Source: Auanema rhodensis (taxonomy: Eukaryota > Animalia > Nematoda). Taken from it: DNA of 64,000 nt. Location of the stretch: contig OZ059896.1 of the NCBI GenBank assembly GCA_964057225.1, forward strand, positions 7,626,001 to 7,690,000, read 5' to 3'. The notes under the pieces were generated by a model, which did not search any database, was not told the DNA's origin, and was given only the letters and a program-made list of their open reading frames with translations. Below are positions 1-13,605 of the stretch, one piece after another (the stretch's first letter is position 1; every line of letters begins with the position of its first letter). The position numbers and the translations under genes were made by a program.

Positions 1-77
1 TTACCAGTTACTGCTGTCGGACCCCCAATCCCCCTCGTTATTGAGTTTCTAATACCTATTCACTCGTTATATTTTAG

Positions 78-326
78 TGAAGCACTCCGGTGACTTGACC
101 ATTGATACCATCATCAAGATTGCCCGTATCATGCGTCCAAGATCCATGGCCAAGAAATTGGAAGGTACCGTAAAGGAAATCCTCGGTAAGTTAAACAAAA
201 AAAAACCGGTTGATAAAATTGTTTTTCAGGAACTGCTCAATCCGTTGGGTGCACTATCGGAGGACACCACCCCCATGATGTCATCGACCAGATCGCCAAT
301 GGAGATATTGAAATCCCCTCCGAGTG
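78..326 (+). CDS. rpl-12: 60S ribosomal protein L12 (uL11), last two exons; gene starts upstream of the window
   Basis: Spliced translation [37 protein letters not shown]|[31 protein letters not shown], matching the RPL12 C-terminus; short GT-AG intron at ~186-229. Confidence 0.96.
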
Positions 327-705
327 ATTCTGTTGTTGTTACTGTTTTATAAATTGTTATCTCGCATGATTGTGTTTCGGAAATTGTTTTAAGTTACAGC
401 TTTACCGGTACGAACCAACATTGGCATAAATCGAAAAAAGTTTGAAATTTTAATTTGGATGTAACTTGTTAGGGATGGGTGGTACCATGATAGGGTGGAA
501 ATGATAATAGTATAATATGAGTGGCTGATAAGGGTATTTGTTTTGGCGGTTCTATAGGTCATTAGCATATAATATTAGGCTAAGATTAAATTAACTGCGT
601 ATCGGAAGTTGTCTTTAAAAAAATTATGATCCTTCAGTGTTGACAACTCTGATTTGTTGAGAGGTTTTATTTTATAACAATGCTGTAACGTAATTATGTC
701 GAAAA

Positions 706-1277
706 TTGGCGCGAAAGCGACGGTTTCTTTTGTTTAAATCTTGATCGTGTCGTTGGTTCAGGGATGTGGGGGATCTTTCTGACAGGTTGCTTTGGGTTCA
801 CTTTCTTATTCCTGCTTGAATATTTATTTGTTTTTCATTAGAAGTGGCTAAAAACATTATTTTCCTTGTGGGTTAATTTTCTATTAAAGATTTCTACATT
901 TTGCAGTGATTGTATTACTGTTGACTCATGTACATATTCTTTGATATAGAAGACAATTGATCAGAGGACTCCCGAGTGGTGGATAAATTCATTAGATTAA
1001 CAAGCGTTTTTCGCGCATAGGTAGTTTACCTTTTTATCTTTTTGAGTGACGCCTTATCTTATTGACGATTGGAGCTGCAACTACTACGGAAACGCACTCA
1101 TGGCAATAGAACTGCAGCTGTTAAATATTTTCATTATTTGTTTCATATAATTTCACTTCATTTTCAACAATTAATCCCCGACCTCTTGCTGTGAGTATGT
1201 AAATGATCACATCTGCGGCTAGCGCAGAAAATCTACTTCATCTAAGTTCGGTGCGGCTGTTGCCGTTTTGGCGCCAA
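706..1277. promoter_or_regulatory. Three E2F/DP consensus sites upstream of the Myb-C-like gene
   Basis: TTGGCGCGAAA at 706-716, TTTCGCGC at 1009-1016 and TTTTGGCGCCAA at 1266-1277 all fit TTTSSCGC. Confidence 0.6.
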
Positions 1278-1632
1278 TATCGTAGAGAGGATCGATCGAT
1301 GAATACGGTTGTGAGGGGGGTTGGTATTTTAGCTGTGTGAGGCAGACAGGCTGCGTAAGCACATGGGCAAGGTCAAGCAGTGAGGAAGAGATGGTTGGCT
1401 TGGTTGACCCCTACTGCACAGCACAGTCTCCACCTTCTTTTCATGCATATTTGTGTGTTAACCCACAACTGTTTTGGCTGCATATGCCGTGCTTGTTTCC
1501 AGCTTATTTCATTATTATACAATATACTTTCTTAAAATGCTAGAATATTTCATAATATATAATTATATCCTTTTTTAAACATAAAATCATCAAACTTGTT
1601 AAAAATGCTAAAGAATTTTTGTTTTAAGCTCT

Positions 1633-3425
1633 ATGTGGGAAGGACCCTCCTGGCTCGTAGCTGAACGTGAAGCTAATCAAGCTCTTCAGGAAGCAAGTCC
1701 ACCCAATAAGTGGCCTAGAGTTACTACACCTCCAAGCAGACGACAGTCGCTGCTTAGTAATATTGACGACTCCGGAATAGGTTTATCATTTTGTAGCCCA
1801 CCAATTTCTCAAAAGGTTTGTTGACAGTTTTTTATAAAATTGTAGTGTGGTGTAAAAAATGAAACAAGATATCGAATTTTAGGGAGCCGTCAGGACCTCC
1901 CCGCTTAGAACTCCTAAAACTCGTACAATTGTGCACATGAGTACAACACCTTCACCTTTCCGGTTAGTATCTATTATTAATAATGCGCATGTTTCAAATT
2001 TCAAAGTTTTAGGTCTTTTCGGTTGTCGTCATTTTCTTCGCCAACTTTATCAGGCCGCGTTTTAAAATTATCCAATACGAATAATGTTCTTGGTTGGTCA
2101 TGAAGCTTTATTAAAATTGCAAATAATTTTATTATTCAGGTGTCAAATTTTGTGAAAATTCGATGGATAAATCCCATGGGCAAGTAGACTTAACTGGCCT
2201 TGCATCTCCCAGCGCTGCTAGGTAACGTATTCTTTTATTTATTCATTTAATTTGTTTTCTTTAGAACTCTTCAACTTCCCACAACTAGTGAAGACATAAA
2301 TTCAAATACATCGATGCAAATGGAGCCTCCTGAAACGCCCAGTAAATGTCTTTCGGTATAAATTTTTTTTTAATGGAAACTTATTTTTAATTTAAGCTGG
2401 AAGAGTCCGGACTATTCGAAGATAGCTATCCTCTTATATCAACATCAACTCCTCTTAAGAGTCTTTCATTCGAAACGAATAGGGTCCCACTTCCTGGTTG
2501 TGATATATCGTGCGTTATTAAAAAAATATTTCTCAGTAGTATCACTTATTCTGATTCAGATTGATCTCGGATCCTTCGTTTCCTTACAGCGATGCTGATC
2601 CCCAATCTCCTACTACGCCTTCTTCCTTCAAAAAGGTGATGATAGACGTGGAAAGAAAAGGAAGCCTTCGGCCATGTCAGCTTATGGTAAGTTTTCTTTT
2701 AATTTTATCTGAAGATTATTTAATATTTTCTTATTATTTTTAATTTTTATAATGCTAGCTTTTTAACTATCGTTGTTTCTCTCTCAATTTGCTTCAAATG
2801 CCTTTAACACTTTTCTAAAATCTTTCTTTTTTACTTCTATGTTTCTCTTAAAAAAAAAAAGGTAGCATTAAGTAGCTGATAAGATTCCTACTGTAATGGC
2901 AGTGTGAAATTTTATTCGGTTACCATTTTGAAGTACCGCTACCTTTTCCCGATAACGTGCTTTATCAGCTCACAAGTTTATTCTGTGCTTGAGAAAGCTT
3001 CAAAGTTTTAATTCGAGTGACCATATGAATGATACTTTTGATCATTCTTTTTTTTATTCTAGGGATGAGCAAAATAATCAGTCTTAGAAAACATTTCAAT
3101 CTTTTTCCAATACTGAAAATGTCTTGAATATAAAAGTATATATTTCAGGAAAGAGATGAAGGCCCTCCAATCAAAAAACCAAATATCGACACAAGTGAGG
3201 TTTTCCGCTCCCCAAAGAAACCAATAAAGCCCGTAAGTTTCTGTTTCCTGTTCTCATGTCTATTTTCTGATACAAGGACATGCATACCGTTGTGTTCTGA
3301 TACCCTTTACTAATTTTTTTCAGTATTCGCGAAAGTGGTTGCGTATCGTAACAGGCGATACTAAAGCCCAAAGAGACATTACGCTATCAGCCAAAGCTTT
3401 CTTAAGTGAGATGGTTAACTCATAA
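1633..3425 (+). CDS. ~314-aa Ser/Thr-Pro-rich protein with Myb C-terminal motifs (Cmyb_C-like and MuvB-binding-like) and no Myb DNA-binding repeats; 9 exons
   Basis: Open frame through 9 GT-AG-bounded exons (1633-1815, 1883-1962, 2013-~2092, 2140-2222, 2265-~2355, 2397-~2509, 2560-2687, 3149-3232, 3324-3425). Motifs ISTSTPL, PTTPSSFKKVMIDVERKGSLR, EGPPIKK and terminal YSRKWLRIVTGDTKAQRDITLSAKAFL. The gene model is well supported; the Myb relationship is motif-based inference. Confidence 0.7.
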
Positions 3426-3781
3426 CAATTGTATTATTTGCGCTACTATTTTTGCTAGTCGTATGTAGTCAATATGGACTAACCCTTTTCATGTGACGGT
3501 TTCTGAACTTTCAACTGTATAGTGGCTCCGCCCTTTGGCAACCTAACATTTTTATTTAACCTCATCTGTTTTATGCTTCCTCACTCTATTTATCAGGCTG
3601 GATCTCTGATCGTTATTAATTTATGTACCATTCGTATACATTTTAGCCAATAATGGTTGCTTATTTCATATGTTTTTTTTATAACTAAAGTTGACTAATC
3701 TGGTGAATTTGAAGATTTGATCGCTTTATGATTTTCATCGTTTCATAGTGCTCAGTTTATTTCTTATTGTTGTAGGAAGAC

Positions 3782-6700
3782 ATGATCGCTCATAAAAGCT
3801 CTGTTTTTTATGTTTTTCTTTTCCTGTTCAACGTAAGTGCTTTAAATAATTATTTTAGAGTTCTAGTGTCTTATCTAAATCAGTTTGGGTGGCCCAAAAA
3901 AGAGAAGATAATATTTAATTTCTCTTGTCTGCATTTAATATTCAAAGTAAAAGGTGTCCTTATTTTATTATAGGTTTTTTTTAAATATCTGGTGTTTCGT
4001 TAAGTGTCATTTCCATGTGATAAACGCCTCAATTCACTTGGATTGGTTTTAAGCTTTTACCTAATATACGGCAGTTCTTGAAAATTCATTACTTTTATGC
4101 GACGTATTACTAGAGCTGAGGTTATGCTACGTTGAATGTGAGACTTGCTTCATTTCAATCTTGAAGTTTCCTGTTTGATCCTTTCAACCAAACACTGGTG
4201 GTGAAAAGTTTGTAACATTTTTTGCTAGTTCAAGATTTTAGAAAAATTCAATCATTTAATCGACCAATTAGCAGACCAGACACTTTTTCATACATCTCAA
4301 CCAGATTTGTGAGGGCAAATTAAAAAAAAATCAATTAATCGTCTGTAAATGGATAATCCTATTAGAAGTAGACGGCAAGAGCGTTATTCGATTAAAGCTG
4401 ATAGGGGCTGTGTTGCCGTACTTCACAAGCACATTGCCAGGTCTGCAGAACGACACATTGACACTTCGGCTTAGTTAAAAAGCTGTTTCCTTTTTTTGGC
4501 AGAATTTAAAGGACCATGCCCCTCCCCTTCTTTGTCATTTAGTTTTTCAATTCATCATTTTCGTTCATTGTGCCAGCTGCTGATATATCTATATTTCGTT
4601 AATCATGTTCACTTTTCATTTTTTTCGCTTTTTACTATCACTTTTATATTTTGATGGGAGGAGTTGAATTAGGACATAGGGGGTATTGCTATGGTGTGAA
4701 TTGGTTTTCAGAGACCGGAGAGATCGTATTTCCGAGATAAGCCCATCTATGCCATGTGGACAAAATTTTGTGAAGCAGGTGTTTCCCTGTTTTTTTGCCC
4801 CCCTTTTTCAGGATAATTCATGGGAGAAGAATAGGGAAGAATTAAGTTTGGCATTGCGGTATTGCTTTAAGATATAATTTCCAAAAATGTGTCACTTCTG
4901 AGATGAGAATTGTGATTTCAATACCATTGAACATTTCTTTTTTCATGTAATATATATGTTTATATACAATTGAAAACTATTCAAAAGGGTTCTATCATTT
5001 GTTAAAAGTGTACGAACTCTTTTCTGAGGCAAACATTAGACTTTCAACTTCTGGTTTCTATTTGACAAGTTTAAGAATGATTGTAAAACCTTGAGGAAAC
5101 ATTAGAAATTTTTGTTTCCATAGAACGTTGAAATTCTTTTGTCCGCTTCTTTCATTTTTCATTTTCTATCTTTGTGTCTATGAAAATTAATATTTCTATT
5201 CCGAATGAATAGTTAAGCAACTTACATGTTTCTATAGCAACATAATGATAGAAAGCTATGTCAGATAACGACTAGTTCCATTTTAACAACATTTTTTATT
5301 GGAATTTTACATTTAAAATAAAGATAATTAGAAATCAAATGCTAAGTGTCACATGTATGTTTTGATTTTCATTATGCATTAAGAATTTTACTGCATATGA
5401 TAACAAAATTTGCTTTCATTCTAGTCTTCTATATAGCTTTCAATCTATATCTTTACTTGTAGGCAATTATGGCGTTAAACGAGTGGGATAAAGGTTTTAC
5501 TCAAATAAGAGCTTTAGTTGGTAACGATGTTCCAGACGAACGAATTAAAAACGTTATGCGAAAGTTTGCACATGTAAGTCTGATATTTCTTTTTTTCTTC
5601 TTGTGTAATTAAAAGAAGAAATATCGAACCGTCTTAATTCATGCGTTATACTCTAATTCTTTCAGTCTAATGAAGGTATATTAACTTCTGATGAGTGTAA
5701 TCAATTGCATTCAAAAGTACTTCAACCACTTAAGGAGATGAAAATCGCTTTGTTAGTTGTGGACTTTCAAAATGATTTCGTATCTGGATCTCTGAGCATT
5801 AAGGTTAGATCAAAGGATACATGAAAGAATTAGATTATGTACCACCTGTCTACATTACTCAGTTTTCTCTTTTAGAGTGGTGATTCTGGAGATGATCCAA
5901 TAGATGCCTTACCTCCTTTGAATAATCTCATTCAAAGTCCTAATCTTGATCAAGTAGTTTATACAATGGTAAGTTTATCTATAGATATACACGTTGTTTA
6001 TTTTTCCAAGTTAGTTTTTTCAATAAAAGACAATATATTTCAAGATCTGGAACTAGATATTTAAAGTGCGATCCTTTTGATATTCTCTTGTTCCTTTCAG
6101 GATTGGCATCCTCCAAACCATATATCTTTCTATGAACATGCTCGTAATTCGGATCGCGTCTTATCGCCTGACGATAAAATCAGAAAACTGAGGCCATTTG
6201 ACATTGTTAGGTTTGAAAAACCTAATACAGTGCAGGTTAGTACCTTTAAAATTTTGGTTGTTTAACTAATTTAATTTGAAATTGGCTTTATTAATTCAGT
6301 TAATAAACATATATTTAACATGAATTAAGTATGTATAAATACGTCGATAAAGGTCTTATGCAAAATAACATAAAAAATGAATAAAATCATCTCAAAAGAA
6401 ACACCGACATTTCTTTCACTTAGTTGACTTTATAAACCATATTTTGTTTGTCTATATACAACTCATTAAAGGAAAATAATATCTTAATGAATGACACATA
6501 GGTTGTAAATCTATTTTGTTGACAACAATGCCACCCTTTCTAGTCGTTGTCTCTTCGTATAATACAATACATGGTATCTCTAACTAACCTTTATGTTGCA
6601 ACTGATCTATATATCCTTGGAATGATACTAGTATTACAGTACAAATAAAGAATAATCCAATCCGAAATATAATAATTTTTGAATAAAAAAAGATTTTTCA

Positions 6701-7250
6701 GATTCTCTATCCAGCACATTGCGTTCAAGGATCATGGGGTGCACAACTTCATTCTCAAATGATATTAGCTCCTGATGCTAAATATGTACGAAAAGGAACT
6801 GATGTGTTTGTTGATAGTTATTCAGCTTTTAAGGAAAATGATGGAGCTAAAAGGTTTCTAGTATACACTTTAAATCACAGTATTAATGCTTGAAAGAGTT
6901 TTAGAACGGAATTAGACTCTGTACTGAAAAACGAAGGCATCACTGCGGTACTAGCTTGTGGTTTGGCTTATGATATATGTGTAATGCATACTTTAAAAGA
7001 TGCAGCTCAATTTGGATATTTATCCGCAATTATAACAGATTGCAGGTAAAATTTTCTTAAATTTCAAATTTCAAACATTATTTCTATTTATTTCAGCAAA
7101 GGATTATCTAAAGAAAAGAAACAAGAAGCCGATGATCTCTTTAATAACAGAAAAATAGCAATAGTTAATGAAACCCAAGCTACCGAAATTATTGATCGTC
7201 ATATCGTTCCAATGGAATGGGTTGAGTATTTGACTGCACGAATCAAGTAG
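3782..7250 (+). CDS. pnc-1: Nicotinamidase (isochorismatase family, PNC-1/PNC-2-like); signal-peptide exon 3782-3832 and internal ATG at 5469
   Basis: Motifs ALLVVDFQNDFVSGSL, DWHPPNHISF, LYPAHCVQGSWGAQLH, RKGTDVFVDSYSAF and CGLAYDICV; stop TAG at 7248-7250. Assignment to pnc-1 versus pnc-2 is not resolved. Confidence 0.92.
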
Positions 7251-7512
7251 ATAGTTCGATAGAACACATGTAAAATTAGAGTTCATTGTGATTGATATGG
7301 AGAGAACGTGTCCTTAGTATAACTAAATTTCAAACTTGATGCTGAGCAGAAGTAATACAACTCATAATTTCGGCCAATTTCTACTTATCAATTTAGTACA
7401 CTTTCTGAAATTTTTATGTATTTTTTAACTTTTTAAATTATTGTAATTTAACATTATAATATTCTTGTAATAAACATAAATACCAAATATAGTACAGTAG
7501 AAACATCAATCA

Positions 7513-8029
7513 TCAAGATTCATCCTCTAGAACTTCATCGGAAGTTTCTTTCAATTTCCGATTCTTAGCTCTTTGTTTCTTAGCCTTTTGTTCTTTCGCT
7601 TTCTGCAATCTTTTAAACTGTTCTTCATAACAATTGTCCCCATTCACATGTCTATCAAGTATGAATTTCATTCTTTCGAAAGCTATATCTATATTTTTCG
7701 GAAGCAGTCTCGACTCATGAACCTTAAATTTAAGATTATTATATTGTTTTTATAGTATATTTCTTGCCTTTACTACAAATCCTGTAGGAATATGTCTTAA
7801 CTGAACAGCATTTTGAGCAGTATTTACTTTTTGACCTCCTGGTCCCCAACCAGAAATATATTTCTAGAAACAAATAAAGTCACTTCCGTTGTCCTGTACT
7901 TATCATTCATCATACTTGTTCGCAATCTTCTTTCCGAACTTCCGGAAAATTATATCCTTTTAACTTTTCTTTGATTGAGGAAAACCGAACAGAAACAGCA
8001 GAAAAATTGACAACTCGTAACAAAGCCAT
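7513..8029 (-). CDS. Mitochondrial ribosome rescue / class I release factor homolog (C12orf65/MTRFR-like), 3 exons
   Basis: Presequence-like [18 protein letters not shown], then [38 protein letters not shown] (GGQ motif) and a basic C-terminal tail. Confidence 0.9.
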
Positions 8030-8281
8030 TCCTCTGAGCACAGATTACAAACTTTTATTGCAATTTAAATATCACAAGGAGCATCCATGAACATTCAGCA
8101 GCTAATTACAAATTCAGTATTAAGTTTATTCAGGTAAATTGAAGAATACCCGTGTATATTATTACAATCGGCAAGAGCTCAAATTAAACAGATCAATAGC
8201 TTAGTTATGAACACAAAATTCGTCAAAAAACGAATTAAGGATGACACACTGTACCTACAAAGGTTTGGGTGAGCACAAGAA

Positions 8282-10312
<2,031 letters not shown>

Positions 10313-10778
10313 TGTTACAGCATAAACGAGACTAAGCTTTTAGTAAGTAGGTACCTGAAAAGAAGCAAAATTGAGGCTGATATTTCTATTTAAACATGCA
10401 AGCAGGAAATACGCATATTACACGCATGAAATCTTAATCGAGAGTGAAGGAATAGAATGCTACAAATAAATAAATAAGATGGAAGAAAACCACGATACTT
10501 TACAATGGAGTAACAAAATACTGAAGTAATTACCGAAGTTTACACGAGCAGCCCTTTTATAGAAATATTAGCTTAAAATGATAAATAGAAAAACAAGTTT
10601 AACAGCTTTACTATTTTCACATAAACGATTTATTGCGACTATACTTTATAACCTTCTTGGAATTTAATGAACTCTCTTTTAAAATAAGTAAAATTTAAAT
10701 AAATATATATAAATAAATCTCTGAAATCTCTGAAATCTATGAATCAATATGATACAAATGTTTGAAAAAAATGCGAAA

Positions 10779-13020
10779 TCATAGTCGAGCCGAAAAATAG
10801 GAGCTGACATGTATGGGAATTATAGCTAATCCATCGCTTCTATGTAAGTCTGTAATAGGAACAACCGACACCATCTGAAATCGGGCTATTAAACAAGCAA
10901 AGAGGAATCTATCACAAACACTGCGAGAGAGCAACCGTCCGTCGCTATGCTTTAGCATAGATGATTCAAGTAAGTCAACGTCTGGAGAACGTTCATTCTA
11001 AAATGCTAGCAGAAAGTGCAAAATGTCTAGAAATATTAAACATACCCTTAGTGTAATGAACACGATTGACATTGGATGAGGAGCTGAATCAACGATGGCG
11101 TCAATTGTTCTGCGCGGATTAGAAAGACCTCCGTTGGTGAATATTACCAGAAGAAAATAAAGTCCCAACTTCCGATTACTTTCTGCTTTTGCAAACCTTA
11201 AATAATAAATAACAAACTTTTTACTTTGTATAACTAACTTTGTCGTGTGATAAATTATGTCTGCATAATCGGTAGGAGCAAAAGGCTGAACGGTCAATCG
11301 GGCTTTATAGTAAGCTTCGAGTACTCCTGCTAGTCCTTCAACATTACAACTAGTACTACTTCCTGACTAAATAAAACTGTTATAATTGTTCAAAAATCAG
11401 ATTTTACCAAATTAAAACATTGGGAAAATGCATGATTTGGTGGTGCATAAGCACCAAATCCTAGAGCTCCTATTTATAAATAATATAAAACTTAATAAGC
11501 TCAAAGAAATACCAATTGAGTTGTTTGCCTGATATTTTGAAATACATGGTATAGTAACCTTTATTGCTTCAGTATACGGTGAAGGATGTTCAGTGGAATG
11601 GGGATGAATATAATGGAGAGAAGAAGAATTTACAGGATTTCCATTAGAAGCAGTCAAATCAATTGCAATCGTTGTTGGCATATGCATTCTTAATATGTGA
11701 ATATATTCATTTCTTGAAGAAAACGTCAATACCCTCTTTCCAATGCATCAAATATTGAAGGAGTATCACAAACATTGAAATAATTAAGTTGAAAACAGGA
11801 CTTCTCATTAATTCGTTCGCCATTCGGGCTTACAAGCTAAATATTATACATTATTTTACAGTATTTTACAGTATTTCAAAAATCGTGTGATTTTGTTTGT
11901 ACAGTATACAGTTTTAAAATAATAATTAAACAGTTGAGCCAGTTTTTAACACAGAAATTTGCATTTTGCGATTGCTTAAACTTTTTAGGAAGTAAAAATA
12001 CTAGTATTAGAATTTTAAACAATTTTTAAAACTATTATTATATATTATAATATAAATAATACGAATATTATATAATATTTTCATAAACTTGCCATATAGG
12101 TGTTCATTGAACCTACACCTTGTTGTAACTTTGCTATGGATGTTTCAAACGTTCCTGAAAAATGTTCTTGTATATTTCAGGGAATATCAATACACACCTA
12201 TTAAAGTATCTTGGGAATTTACATTATAATTAAAACAATGAACTCTTAAAGCTGAATTAGGAAAAAGTTGTATCAAATATGCTGGTATTGCGAACTGTTT
12301 CCACTTAGGGTACTTGTCAAGCTACAAATTTTATTGTTTGATGTGGAATTTGTCAAGAAGTAATGTAAACTCTCACCTTTATAACTTCAGAGGAATAAAG
12401 CAATAGATCTCTAGAGTCCAAATGCAAGATGAGAGAAAAATAAGTTGCCAAAGGCAAGGCATTTGGTGAATGTAAATGTTCTCCATAAAATTGTAGAGCT
12501 ATACCATTTGAATAGTATCCAGGAACATTGAGAGTTACATCGGCATATACATCGTTGGGCAGAGGAAATGTTAATTTATTTTTATTCATTAAAAGTGAAG
12601 GAATATCAAATGCACATCTTCCAATTTCACCAGAAAATATTCCTGTATCACGAACACCAAAACTGTAATATTATATATTTAAAACCTTACAATGTGAAAA
12701 CTTTTCATACATTTTAATTAAAACCGAATTACTTCTATCAAACCTATATTGTAAATGACATTGATGTCGGAAATAAACATTGGTTTCTTCCAGTACTGTT
12801 TCTGTTTGAGAAATCTAGAAATCGAAACATCTATATTAAAGAGGACTATTGAATTTGCACCTCGGTAAAATATGTTTTACCACTCAACAGCACTGAAAAG
12901 CTGGCCCGCGTACCCACGACATCAGAATTTAATTTCACATTTCTATGACAAAGAGAGAGTATGATTTTTTATTAATACCAACCTGACTCTCAGACTCAGA
13001 CTGAAATCAAAGGCAACCAT
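10779..13020 (-). CDS. Divergent copine-family protein (two C2-like domains plus vWA)
   Basis: MHMPTTIAIDLTASNGNPVNSSSLHYIHP, GALGFGA, PFAPTDYADII, YFLLVIFTNGG and PMSIVFI are copine vWA motifs. The 5' exons are C2-like and the start is approximate. Confidence 0.8.
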
Positions 13021-13605
13021 GGTTTAGTACGGTCCAAAACACAAAAGCATCAAGGTGGAAAAACTCTTTCTATTTATATAAATTTTCATTCACCTTGAAA
13101 TGTTTCATCGTATCACTTAGATTCTTACTTCCTCTCGTTATAAATATATAAAGCGCGATGTTGCGTATTTTGTGTTATGAAATATTCTTCGTTTATATAC
13201 ATTCTTATGAAGACATTGTTTCCCATTCACTGAATCTCCGATAATAAGTTCCATAGTGTTAAGATTGTTGTTGCATGCAAATATATAATAGTATATATAA
13301 TATATATACAAATAAAGATTTTCATTAAGGATAATAACATTTACCCAAAGACTTAGTTCAGGTTTAATTAAAAATCCGTAGAACGACAGCTTCATTGCTG
13401 ATTTCTAAAATTAATACTGGAGACTTGTTAAATCTTAGCTTCTGTACAACTTATTATCATTGCGTACTTACTTGCGTACTTCACTAATATAATTTTTTTA
13501 TGGCACCGTGAAATTATACTTTGCTTATTAAAATTTTTTATTTCGGTGTTCTGTCTTGTATTCAAACTTAAAATTGTTTTTGTTTTAAGCAGCCTTAGTT
13601 TAGGA

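Noticed and set aside
1633-1660. MWEGPSWL resembles the W-x-GP-x-WL motif of Bel/Pao retrotransposon polyproteins
   Set aside because: It is the first exon of an intron-rich cellular gene, with no RT, integrase or LTR sequence nearby
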